A stretch of 11,776 nt of DNA from Candidatus Aenigmatarchaeota archaeon (GTDB lineage Archaea > Aenigmatarchaeota > Aenigmatarchaeia > GW2011-AR5), in the NCBI GenBank assembly GCA_043799385.1, contig JAZDNV010000022.1, positions 1 through 11,776 on the forward strand, written 5' to 3'. This document shows, piece after piece, positions 1 through 7,137 of this stretch (positions are counted from its first letter, which is position 1; each line of letters begins with the position of its first letter). Made by a program: the position numbers and the translations under genes. Under the pieces are notes generated by a model that was not told the origin of the DNA, made no database searches, and worked only from the letters and a program-made list of their open reading frames with translations.

Positions 1-423
1 ATAGTTGGACTGGAAGGCGATAATTGCATTGTAAAGATTACGATGCCGACAGAACAGGGTCCTCCTGCAGGATTCGTTCCAGGCGTTAACCCGCCGTATG
101 AGATGAAATGCAAGTTTTCTGACTATGCTGTTGGAGCAATGATGCTGGACAAAGACAAACTGAAAGAAAAATGTGAAGGAAACCTCGTGAAATTGATGGA
201 TATTGGTCCAGGCGGCACAGGCGAGCAATTGCCATCCCAGGAACCAGGAACGCCGACAGAACAGCAACAGCCTATACAGACAACGCCAACATCCTCCAGT
301 AGTGGTGGGGGAGGAGGTGGCGGCGGTTCAGCAGGCGGTAAAGGTCCGTGCGCCGGTTGTTTGAACAATGGAATATGCGATAGCGGCGAATGCAGCGATT
401 GTCCAGACTGCTATGGAAAATAG
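1..423 (+). CDS. Partial (5'-truncated) probable secreted/surface protein with Pro/Thr/Gln and Ser/Gly linker and a C-terminal Cys-rich motif
   Basis: Frame is open from base 1 (IVGLEGDNCIVKITMPTEQ...), so the true start probably lies upstream of the window. Ends with TTPTSSSSGGGGGGGG linker and CAGCLNNGICDSGECSDCPDC. Stop TAG 421-423. Confidence 0.75.
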   Translation: MVGLEGDNCIVKITMPTEQGPPAGFVPGVNPPYEMKCKFSDYAVGAMMLDKDKLKEKCEGNLVKLMDIGPGGTGEQLPSQEPGTPTEQQQPIQTTPTSSSSGGGGGGGGSAGGKGPCAGCLNNGICDSGECSDCPDCYGK

Positions 424-455
424 GCCAATATAACTAAGAAAATGTAGGTGATTGT

Positions 456-671
456 ATGGGAATAATCCAATTGACGTTTTGGGAAGTGATAGGCGCATTA
501 TTTGTATTAGCCGGCGTTTTCAGGCTTGTTGTGCCATTATGGGTAAAGAAAAATAAATTATCGATGCTGCAAAAGTTTACAGCACACTGCAAGAAGATGA
601 ATGCAACGATGATACGCGTCATCGGCTTGCTTTTGGTAATAATCGGCGCATTGCTGATATATTATCTGTAG
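456..671 (+). CDS. Small two-TM membrane protein, unknown function (71 aa)
   Basis: AGGTGA SD at 446-451 just before ATG 456; two hydrophobic segments flank a basic loop. Confidence 0.75.
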   Translation: MGIIQLTFWEVIGALFVLAGVFRLVVPLWVKKNKLSMLQKFTAHCKKMNATMIRVIGLLLVIIGALLIYYL

Positions 672-680
672 GTGATTGAC

Positions 681-863
681 ATGAAAAAGATTATCCTGAT
701 CCTGATGCTTTTGCTGGCAGTCACATTTGTCTGCGGCTGCGTTGCCAACGAAGGCACGACTATAAAGAATCAGGACCAGGCATCAAGCGCGGTTGAGAAC
801 GTGAGCAGCGGCGTCGAAAAAATCGGCCAGATACTTGAGGACATAGACAACAAGATAAGTTGA
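681..863 (+). CDS. Small lipoprotein (60 aa)
   Basis: GGTGA SD at 671-675 favours ATG 681 over GTG 672. MKK + hydrophobic core + FVCGC lipobox-like motif (archaeal xGC), then a short amphipathic helix. Confidence 0.75.
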   Translation: MKKIILILMLLLAVTFVCGCVANEGTTIKNQDQASSAVENVSSGVEKIGQILEDIDNKIS

Positions 864-867
864 TTGA

Positions 868-963
868 ATGAAGTGCATATTTTGCGGAAAAAAGATTGAA
901 GAAGGCATAACATGCGAAGAATGCGTGCCTAGCGGCGGCGGTTACGAATCTGATTACGAGTAG
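868..963 (+). CDS. 31-aa zinc-finger microprotein (CxxC-x9-CxxC), below the ORF-track cutoff
   Basis: ATG 868 to TAG 961-963 reads MKCIFCGKKIEEGITCEECVPSGGGYESDYE. Starts 4 nt after the lipoprotein stop, fills the otherwise empty gap, SD-like AGTTGA upstream. Confidence 0.7.
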   Translation: MKCIFCGKKIEEGITCEECVPSGGGYESDYE

Positions 964-1253
964 TTCTGCTTGGCGAGGACGCAGTAGTTTCTCATGCCAT
1001 TGCCTTTGCCCATGAAGGTTATCTCTGTTCTTGGTTTTTCATCGATCTCCGGAATTATCAGCTGTTTCGCCGAGAGATGGTCGTTAACAGATGAATCTAT
1101 GGTCGGGTAGTCCGCCCATGTAGGCGTATTCTCCGGTATCGCGACTGTCATGTCGAACATGATCTTTCCTGTTATCGCGCTGGCTCCCCTTAATTTTACT
1201 ATAGCTTCCGGTAGTCTCGCTCCTACAACCCAAGAATATTCAGCCATTGCCAT
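954..1253 (-). CDS. Hypothetical soluble protein (about 99 aa)
   Basis: Open frame; TGATG stop/start overlap with the upstream Zn-ribbon gene and AGGTG SD. Alternative start ATG 1247. No family recognised. Confidence 0.6.
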   Translation of the reverse strand: MAMAEYSWVVGARLPEAIVKLRGASAITGKIMFDMTVAIPENTPTWADYPTIDSSVNDHLSAKQLIIPEIDEKPRTEITFMGKGNGMRNYCVLAKQNYS

Positions 1254-1465
1254 CACACCTTCGCATTGCTCTGGACCTTTTCGTCAACCATGCCTCCACA
1301 AACCGGGCATTTAACGGACTTATAGAAGAAATTATAATTGCAGCTGTTGCACGAGTATCTCCTGACTACGGATTTCGGGTGCTTTAATTTTCGCTGTGAC
1401 GCTTCCTCTAGTAACGCAATATCCTCTCTTGTCAGAAACCCGCGAATCCTCTTTATTGCCTTCAT
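1253..1465 (-). CDS. Small Zn-ribbon protein (70 aa)
   Basis: MKAIKRIRG...YSCNSCNYNFFYKSVKCPVCGG (CxxC-x10-CPxCG). Start revised to ATG 1465: the longer ORF-track extension runs through promoter and repeat DNA and overlaps the divergent gene. Minus-strand TATA-like CTTTAAGA at 1490-1497. Confidence 0.7.
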   Translation of the reverse strand: MKAIKRIRGFLTREDIALLEEASQRKLKHPKSVVRRYSCNSCNYNFFYKSVKCPVCGGMVDEKVQSNAKV

Positions 1466-1502
1466 ATCCAATACTTGCTGGCAAAAGGTTCTTAAAGCTT
1501 TC

Positions 1503-1545
1503 ACTACTTTAAAGTTACTATAAACTACTTTAAAGTTACTATAAA
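1503..1545. repeat. Exact 21-bp tandem repeat (ACTACTTTAAAGTTACTATAA x2) in a divergent promoter
   Basis: Copies at 1503-1523 and 1524-1544; each contains the 10-bp palindrome ACTTTAAAGT (1506-1515, 1527-1536). Confidence 0.9.
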
Positions 1546-1608
1546 TTAACTTATACGTTCTTGCGCGGTAGTTATAAAGCTTAAATATCGGGGCGGACAA
1601 TTCATTAT

Positions 1609-2442
1609 ATGCGTGCTGATTTCGGCAAAACATTCTCCATGGCGTTCCGGTATGCCTTTAATATCGAGCGATTATTGCCGTTTTTCATTATAAACATCGT
1701 TTTGGTTGGTTTTGCGCTTTTGTTCGTAGACTCGGCCATAAACATACTCCCGCTAATGATGACTAACGGTTTTGCCATCGGCAGCATTGTATCATCCTTT
1801 TTGGTGGTCGCGGCTGTCTTTATCATCGCCGCTCTCCTGAACATCTTCCTTCGTACTGTGATAACGGACAACGCAAAACTCTACTGGCAGAAGAAAAAGA
1901 GCAGAATAGCAAAATCCGTTCCTGTCGCGAAGAAGAGATATCTTACCATAGTCATTGCTTTGATTCTTGTTTCTCTTATATCTGGTTTTGCGAGTTCGGT
2001 TCTTGTTCCTATCCCGTTTCTTGGCAGGGCATTTTCAGTTATAGCTTCCCTAGTGCTTACCATGATATTCCTTTTCGTCATGCAAATTATCATAATATCC
2101 AACAAAGGCGCAATAGACGGCATCAGGGAAGGCTACAGGCTTTTCGTGAAAAGTCCGCTTGAAATCTTTCTCTTCCTCATCGTCTTTGCAATACTTTCTT
2201 TTGTAATACTCTTTGTTGCAATTATACCGGTATTGGCTGTCTTGTTGCCAATAGCAATCCAATCAGCCGCATTGTTCATGAATCCAAACGCTGCTGTTTT
2301 CGCCAGCATAGTGTCTATGGTAAAGGCGAACATGTTCAGCTTCGCCGTTGCAGGTACGATAAGCTCAGCGATATTCGCCTATCTCTACGTGTTCCAGGAG
2401 TCGGCTAAAACGTTTTTCTACATGCAGAAGAAATCGCGCTAA
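1609..2442 (+). CDS. Multi-pass integral membrane protein (about 6 TM), uncharacterised
   Basis: 277-aa ORF with alternating hydrophobic and basic segments; AIDGIREGYRLF resembles the loop motif of GDPD-membrane-domain-like hypothetical families (inference). TTAAATA at 1581-1587 suggests a leaderless transcript. Confidence 0.8.
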   Translation: MRADFGKTFSMAFRYAFNIERLLPFFIINIVLVGFALLFVDSAINILPLMMTNGFAIGSIVSSFLVVAAVFIIAALLNIFLRTVITDNAKLYWQKKKSRIAKSVPVAKKRYLTIVIALILVSLISGFASSVLVPIPFLGRAFSVIASLVLTMIFLFVMQIIIISNKGAIDGIREGYRLFVKSPLEIFLFLIVFAILSFVILFVAIIPVLAVLLPIAIQSAALFMNPNAAVFASIVSMVKANMFSFAVAGTISSAIFAYLYVFQESAKTFFYMQKKSR

Positions 2443-2505
2443 GCGCGTGGCATTTCTTGTACTTTGTTCCGCTGCCGCAAGAATAAATGATTTTAAAGTT
2501 ATGAC

Positions 2506-2844
2506 TCACTTGTACTCGCGCCAGACGTGGTTGCACTTGACGCAGCGGAAGAATTGCGTGGGCGGCTCATCCGCAGATCGTGTTTGCTGCAGCCAATAAT
2601 ACGCTTTGATGTTTTCGCACTTGGGGCACATCTTGTCTGTCATCGGCAATATTATCCTGTCTTTCTCAAGAACTACGATACCCCTAACCTTCTCCTTTTT
2701 CTCGATGATTTTTAAATCCCCGACGTTCCTCTTCTTCTCGGCGCCGCACGAGCGGCATTTGAGATAGATGTTTTTTGTCTTCTTTTCTGGAATCATTATT
2801 GAGCCGCACTTGTCACAGAATTCTATCGTGCTTTTTTTCTTCAT
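2506..2844 (-). CDS. tfs: Transcription factor S (TFS / RpoM family transcript cleavage factor)
   Basis: N-terminal FCDKCGSIMIP...CRSCG ribbon; C-terminal CPKC...QTRSADEPPTQFFRCVKCNHVWREY with an intact acidic DE hairpin. GGGTG SD favours ATG 2844 over GTG 2853. Confidence 0.95.
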   Translation of the reverse strand: MKKKSTIEFCDKCGSIMIPEKKTKNIYLKCRSCGAEKKRNVGDLKIIEKKEKVRGIVVLEKDRIILPMTDKMCPKCENIKAYYWLQQTRSADEPPTQFFRCVKCNHVWREYK

Positions 2845-3029
2845 TTTTTGCACCCGATGAAAATGAACTAGTCAAATAAACGGATTCCAAAGCATTTAAA
2901 ACTTTGCGTGTAAAAAGAATGTAAATTGAGACTCTTTTTCTGCAATTTTATGAAATCCCACGATAGGGGAAAAGACAAAAGTTTTAAATATGTGACAGTG
3001 GTTAGTTGAAATAAGCGGAAGGTGATTTT

Positions 3030-3440
3030 ATCAAAAATTTCAACATCGTAAAACTGGATTCAAAAGGCCGTTTGATTCTTCCGTTTCACATACGCGATTA
3101 TTTTGGATTGCGCGGCGGGATGGAACTACTGATTACGAACAATGAAAAGAACGAGCTCAGGATATTTCCATTATTCAACGAAAAGACTGCAAAAATCAGG
3201 ATAACCATGACTGATGTTCCAGGAGCGATGTCAAAAATCCTTTCCGTTCTTGGCAAGAACAAGATAGATGTCATGATGAGCACTAGCCAGACAATAGAAA
3301 AAGGCAAGCTCGCTGAGTGGAACGGCATAGTCGACATCTCAAAGTGCAGAAACAAGAATATGAAAAAGCTCGAAAATGAGCTGAAGAACGTGGATGTTAT
3401 CAGAAAGGTCGATATATTGACAACAACAGGAAAGAAGTAG
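3030..3440 (+). CDS. AbrB/MazE/SpoVT-type DNA-binding domain fused to an ACT domain (paralog A)
   Basis: In-frame translation from 3030: IKNFNIVKLDSKGRLILPFHIRDYFGLRGG (AbrB/MraZ-like LDxKGRxxxPxxxR), then KIRITMTDVPGAMSKILSVLGKNKIDV (ACT motif). AGGTGA SD at 3020-3025 precedes ATC 3030; in-frame TAA at 3012. The start position is an inference. Confidence 0.8.
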   Translation: MKNFNIVKLDSKGRLILPFHIRDYFGLRGGMELLITNNEKNELRIFPLFNEKTAKIRITMTDVPGAMSKILSVLGKNKIDVMMSTSQTIEKGKLAEWNGIVDISKCRNKNMKKLENELKNVDVIRKVDILTTTGKK

Positions 3441-3445
3441 ACTAT

Positions 3446-3793
3446 TCATTGGTTTGTATTCAAAAACAGAATATCACGCTTCAATTTTTTTATGTCCCCA
3501 TCGTAATCCAGTATCGCCGACCACACCATCCTTTTTCTGATTGTGCCTATCTCGCTGCTCAGAACATCAATGCGATTTTTTCTCAGAAATTCTGACACGT
3601 CTTTAAGTTGGCCCGAATCCCTGAGCGTTATTTCAATCTTCCTCTTGTTGTTCAGCGGGATGACGTTTATCCCCTCGTTGCTGCTCACTTTAACCATAAA
3701 TTCATCGCCATTGTCTAGATTGAGCAGCTTCCTCAAGTAAAAAGGAATCGACACGCGTCCCTTAGAATCAAGCCTCGTGATGCCATGCTTCAT
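3446..3793 (-). CDS. AbrB/MazE/SpoVT-type DNA-binding domain fused to a degenerate ACT-like domain (paralog B)
   Basis: MKHGITRLDSKGRVSIPFYLRKLLNLDNGDEF is AbrB-like; KIEITLRDSGQLKDVSEFLRKNRIDVLSS aligns by eye with the ACT domain of paralog A. Confidence 0.8.
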   Translation of the reverse strand: MKHGITRLDSKGRVSIPFYLRKLLNLDNGDEFMVKVSSNEGINVIPLNNKRKIEITLRDSGQLKDVSEFLRKNRIDVLSSEIGTIRKRMVWSAILDYDGDIKKLKRDILFLNTNQ

Positions 3794-3876
3794 AGATTCA
3801 CTGTATCTATTACGATATTCGATTTTATATCCTTAATCCGTTAAAATTACAAAAATTACAAAAAACATCATTTTTT

Positions 3877-3891
3877 TGGAAAAATAATCCA
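3877..3891. promoter_or_regulatory. Putative Lrp/AsnC operator, site 1 (TGGAAAAATAATCCA)
   Basis: Imperfect 15-bp inverted repeat with an AT-rich centre, 14/15 identical to site 2; directly abuts a minus-strand TATA-like TTTAAAAA (3892-3899). Confidence 0.6.
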
Positions 3892-3930
3892 TTTTTAAAG
3901 CTTATTTCTCCCATGAAGCTGAAACTAATC

Positions 3931-3960
3931 TTTAAATATCTTTTTTGGAAAAATATTCCA
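3931..3960 (+). promoter_or_regulatory. lrp TATA box (TTTAAATA 3931-3938) and putative operator site 2 (TGGAA-AAATA-TTCCA, 3946-3960)
   Basis: Perfect 5-bp inverted arms; lies between the TATA box and ATG 3960, the usual autorepression position. Confidence 0.65.
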
Positions 3961-4382
3961 TGCTTTCGCAAAAAGATGTGAAAATTCTCAACATACTCGA
4001 GAAAGACTGCAAGCTTCCGAGCAAGAAAATCAGCGAAAGGACCGGTATACCGATAACCACTATTCACAACCGCGTGAAGAGGATGGAAGAGGACGGGGTA
4101 ATAAAGTCCTACCGCGCTGTTCTGGACAAGAAGAAGATAGGAAAACCGATACAGGCTTTCATCCATATATCTTTGAGCAACGTGGATTCGGCGTCAATCG
4201 GGAAAAAGATTTCAATGATGCCTGACGTCGATGAATGCTACATTTTGACAGGCACGACTGATATCCTTGTCAAGATATCTACGTCTGACGTTGACCACCT
4301 GAACAGTTTTGTCATGGGTAATATCAAGCCGATAAAGGGCGTTGAGAATACGCTGATATCGATTATCCTGAAAGAGATATAG
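3960..4382 (+). CDS. Lrp/AsnC family (feast/famine) transcriptional regulator
   Basis: LSQKDVKILNILEKD...ISERTGIPITTIHNRVKRMEEDGVIKSY HTH and ECYILTGTTDILVKI RAM domain. ATG 3960 preferred over TTG 3945 on TATA spacing. Confidence 0.95.
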   Translation: MLSQKDVKILNILEKDCKLPSKKISERTGIPITTIHNRVKRMEEDGVIKSYRAVLDKKKIGKPIQAFIHISLSNVDSASIGKKISMMPDVDECYILTGTTDILVKISTSDVDHLNSFVMGNIKPIKGVENTLISIILKEI

Positions 4383-4402
4383 CTTATCTGCTTTTGTTGG
4401 GA

Positions 4403-5752
4403 TTATGCAAGCAGCGAGTTTATCCTCTCGGCGAACGCTCTTTTTTCTGATTTCAGTGTTCTGTATTCGTTTACTATCTGCCTTTCAAGCCTGTTAACGC
4501 CAAGGTTTCCAGTTGTTCCGATATGCTTTTTCAGTTTTATGCTCTCTCTCGGGTCTATCTTGTCCAGTTTCATGAAATTGTATTCTATCTCCTTATGAGC
4601 GTCGCGGAAAGGAACGCCCTTTGAGACGAGCTCGAACGCCTTGTCTGCGGCAAAGATTTCCGGGGTGAAAGCAGCGATTAGTTTGTCTTCATTGACCTTT
4701 AGATCGTCGATAAGGTTTGCCATGATGTCAAGGCATGCGTTGACCGTGTTAAGGCTTTTCATCAGCGGCTCTTTGGTTTCCTGCAAATCGCGGTTATAGC
4801 CGGATGGCAGGTCCTTTACTATTCCTATCATCTGGAACAAAAAGGAAAAAACTTTGTTCCCTCTTGCACGGATTAATTCCAATACGTCCGGATTTCTCTT
4901 CTTTGGCATTATGCTTGAGCCTGTGCAGAACTCGCTTGGAATCTCGAAGAAATCAAACTCGTCTGCGCTGAATAATATCAAATCAGTTGACAGCCTGCTC
5001 AAGTCTATCATTACTTGCGATAGCGCTGATATCACGCCTGATTCTATCTTGCCTCGGCTGTTTGCAACGTATAAGACGTTGTTCTGGACCTTTTCAAAAC
5101 CGAGCAATTTTGTTGTAAACGATCGATCGATGTTCAACGGAACGCCGTAGCTTGCCGCTGAGCCCAGCGGATTTTGATTATTCAGCTTGTATGCGCATTT
5201 GACCATGATAAGATCGTCAAGCAATGCCTCTGCAAAGGACAGTATCCATAAACCGACAGAAGACGGCATTGCTTTTCTGAAATGAGTGTATCCCGGCATC
5301 GGTATGTCCTTATTCTTTTTGCCGAATTTTACAAGCGAATAGCACAGGTCAAGGATATTTTTTTCTATATCCAACATTTTTTCCTTTGTGTAAAGCCGCA
5401 TATCGAGCAGTATCTGGTCGTTCCTGCTTCTTCCTGCATGTATTTTTCTTCCGACTTCGCCTAGATGCTTTGAAAGGTGCGTCTCGACCTTTGTATGAAC
5501 GTCTTCTTCTTCAGGGGTGATCTTGAATTTGCCTTTTCTGTCCAGCGCTATTATTTCGTTCAGCGCTTTTTTCAGCCTTTTCAGTTCATCCTTTGATATG
5601 ACGCCAATCTTGTTGAGCATCGTCAAGTGCGCAATCGTCCCTATTACATCATATTTGACAATAAGCTGATCTAACAGAATATCCTCGCTTGCAGTAAATC
5701 TCTCCACTTTTCTTGCAGTTTCATTCTTGGCTTTACCGTTCCAAAGAGTCAT
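4403..5752 (-). CDS. argH: Argininosuccinate lyase
   Basis: EDVH, HAGRSRNDQ, MPGYTH, GSSIMPKKRNPD signature, GVPFRDAH. ATG 5752 (MTLWNGK) fits a minus-strand TTTTTATA near 5774-5782; the ORF-track TTG 5764 is the alternative. Confidence 0.95.
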   Translation of the reverse strand: MTLWNGKAKNETARKVERFTASEDILLDQLIVKYDVIGTIAHLTMLNKIGVISKDELKRLKKALNEIIALDRKGKFKITPEEEDVHTKVETHLSKHLGEVGRKIHAGRSRNDQILLDMRLYTKEKMLDIEKNILDLCYSLVKFGKKNKDIPMPGYTHFRKAMPSSVGLWILSFAEALLDDLIMVKCAYKLNNQNPLGSAASYGVPLNIDRSFTTKLLGFEKVQNNVLYVANSRGKIESGVISALSQVMIDLSRLSTDLILFSADEFDFFEIPSEFCTGSSIMPKKRNPDVLELIRARGNKVFSFLFQMIGIVKDLPSGYNRDLQETKEPLMKSLNTVNACLDIMANLIDDLKVNEDKLIAAFTPEIFAADKAFELVSKGVPFRDAHKEIEYNFMKLDKIDPRESIKLKKHIGTTGNLGVNRLERQIVNEYRTLKSEKRAFAERINSLLA

Positions 5753-5836
5753 ATAGATACTCAAAATCTATCGTATAAAAAAGGACTTAAAGGTTATTCT
5801 TCAGTGCTGTGCGGCGGTTGTAATTATAATTTTTTC

Positions 5837-5851
5837 TGAAAAATTTTTCCA
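5837..5851. promoter_or_regulatory. Putative Lrp/AsnC operator, site 3, in the argH/argG divergent region
   Basis: Reverse complement TGGAAAAATTTTTCA is 13/15 identical to site 2; includes the palindrome GAAAAATTTTTC (5838-5849); about 20 bp upstream of the argG TATA (TTTTTAAATA 5871-5880). Confidence 0.55.
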
Positions 5852-5901
5852 TTTCTTGCCGTTCCTGTCATTTTTAAATATTTTGTCATCCTATCAGAAA
5901 T

Positions 5902-7137
5902 ATGAAAGAAAAGGTCGTGCTCGCTTACAGCGGTGGACTGGATACTTCTGTCATTCTGCAATGGCTCATAGAAAAGGGTTATGATGTAGTTGCTTTTCTC
6001 GCCGATTTAGGACAAAAAGAAGATTTTGAAGCAGCGAAAAAGAAGGCATTGAAGATAGGCGCTTCCAAGGTATATATAGAAGACGTAAGGGAAGAATTCA
6101 TAAAAGATTTCGTATTCAAGGCGATAAAAGCAAATGCGATGTACGAAGGGCGCTATCTTTTAGGAACGTCCTTGGCAAGGCCGCTGATTGCAAAGAAACA
6201 GATAGATATTGCGAACAAGGAAAAGGCAACATTCGTCTCTCATGGCGCAACAGGAAAAGGCAACGATCAGGTGCGCTTTGAATTGACTTGTTACGCTTTG
6301 AAACCAGATATCAAGATAATTGCTCCTTGGAAAGAAGAGGAATACCTCAAAAGATTCCAAGGCCGCTCTGATTTGATAGATTATGCAAAGGCGCACGGAA
6401 TCCCTGTAAAGGCTACGAAAGACGAGCCGTGGAGCTCGGATCCGAATTTGATGCACATAAGTTATGAGGCAGGAGAACTGGAAGACCCTATGAAAAGGCC
6501 AAGGAATGGCATGTTTGAACTGACCGTATCGCCGAAGGACGCGCCTGACAAGGAAACGGAAATAGAGATAGAATTCGAGAAAGGCATTCCTGTTAGAGTC
6601 AGAAATCTGAAAGACGGAACGACAAAGAGTAAACCATTGGAATTATTTTTATATCTCAACGAAATCGGTGGCAAGAATGGCATAGGCAGAATCGACATGG
6701 TTGAGAATCGTTTTGTTGGCATCAAGTCACGCGGAGTTTACGAAACGCCTGGCGGAACGATACTTCACGCTGCTCATCGCGACTTGGAGGGCATAACGAT
6801 GGACAGGGAGGTCATGCACATACGCGACTCATTGATTCCTAGATTCGCCGAGTTAATTTATTACGGCTTCTGGTATTCGCCGGAAATGGAAGTGCTCATG
6901 GCGCTGATTGACAAAAGCCAGGAACATGTTTCAGGAAAAGTTCGTCTTTCATTGTACAAAGGAAACGTAATGGTAACCGGGCGTGAATCAAAAGAGTCAT
7001 TGTATGACGAAGCGCAGTCAAGCATGGACGTTTCAGGCGGTTATGATCAGCGCGACGCGAAAGGCTTCATAAAGCTTAATGCGATACGGCTGATAAACAA
7101 TACGTTGAGAAACCGCAGAATAAAGAAAAGATTCTAG
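5902..7137 (+). CDS. argG: Argininosuccinate synthase
   Basis: [12 protein letters not shown]-loop, [32 protein letters not shown] motifs; 411 aa. Confidence 0.97.
   Translation: MKEKVVLAYSGGLDTSVILQWLIEKGYDVVAFLADLGQKEDFEAAKKKALKIGASKVYIEDVREEFIKDFVFKAIKANAMYEGRYLLGTSLARPLIAKKQIDIANKEKATFVSHGATGKGNDQVRFELTCYALKPDIKIIAPWKEEEYLKRFQGRSDLIDYAKAHGIPVKATKDEPWSSDPNLMHISYEAGELEDPMKRPRNGMFELTVSPKDAPDKETEIEIEFEKGIPVRVRNLKDGTTKSKPLELFLYLNEIGGKNGIGRIDMVENRFVGIKSRGVYETPGGTILHAAHRDLEGITMDREVMHIRDSLIPRFAELIYYGFWYSPEMEVLMALIDKSQEHVSGKVRLSLYKGNVMVTGRESKESLYDEAQSSMDVSGGYDQRDAKGFIKLNAIRLINNTLRNRRIKKRF

Noticed and set aside
123..368. Pro-rich, Cys-containing minus-strand ORF
   Set aside because: Antisense reading of the Gly/Gln-rich linker of the plus-strand gene.
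1503..1545. CRISPR array or replication origin
   Set aside because: Two adjacent copies with no spacers and no cas genes; no G-string ORB motif or cdc6/orc1 in the window.
1466..1633. N-terminal extension of the 126-aa ORF with duplicated YSNFKVV
   Set aside because: It is the translation of the 21-bp promoter repeat and overlaps the divergent gene start; ATG 1465 has its own TATA-like box.
2506..2844. Inhibitory TFS paralog (TFS4-like)
   Set aside because: The catalytic ADEP acidic hairpin is intact, as in canonical cleavage-stimulating TFS.
3030..3793. AbrB/MazE toxin-antitoxin module
   Set aside because: No PIN/VapC, MazF or Doc toxin is adjacent; both AbrB domains are fused to ACT-like domains.
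3825..4166. 113-aa minus-strand ORF
   Set aside because: Antisense shadow of the lrp gene running into AT-rich promoter DNA; composition is not protein-like.
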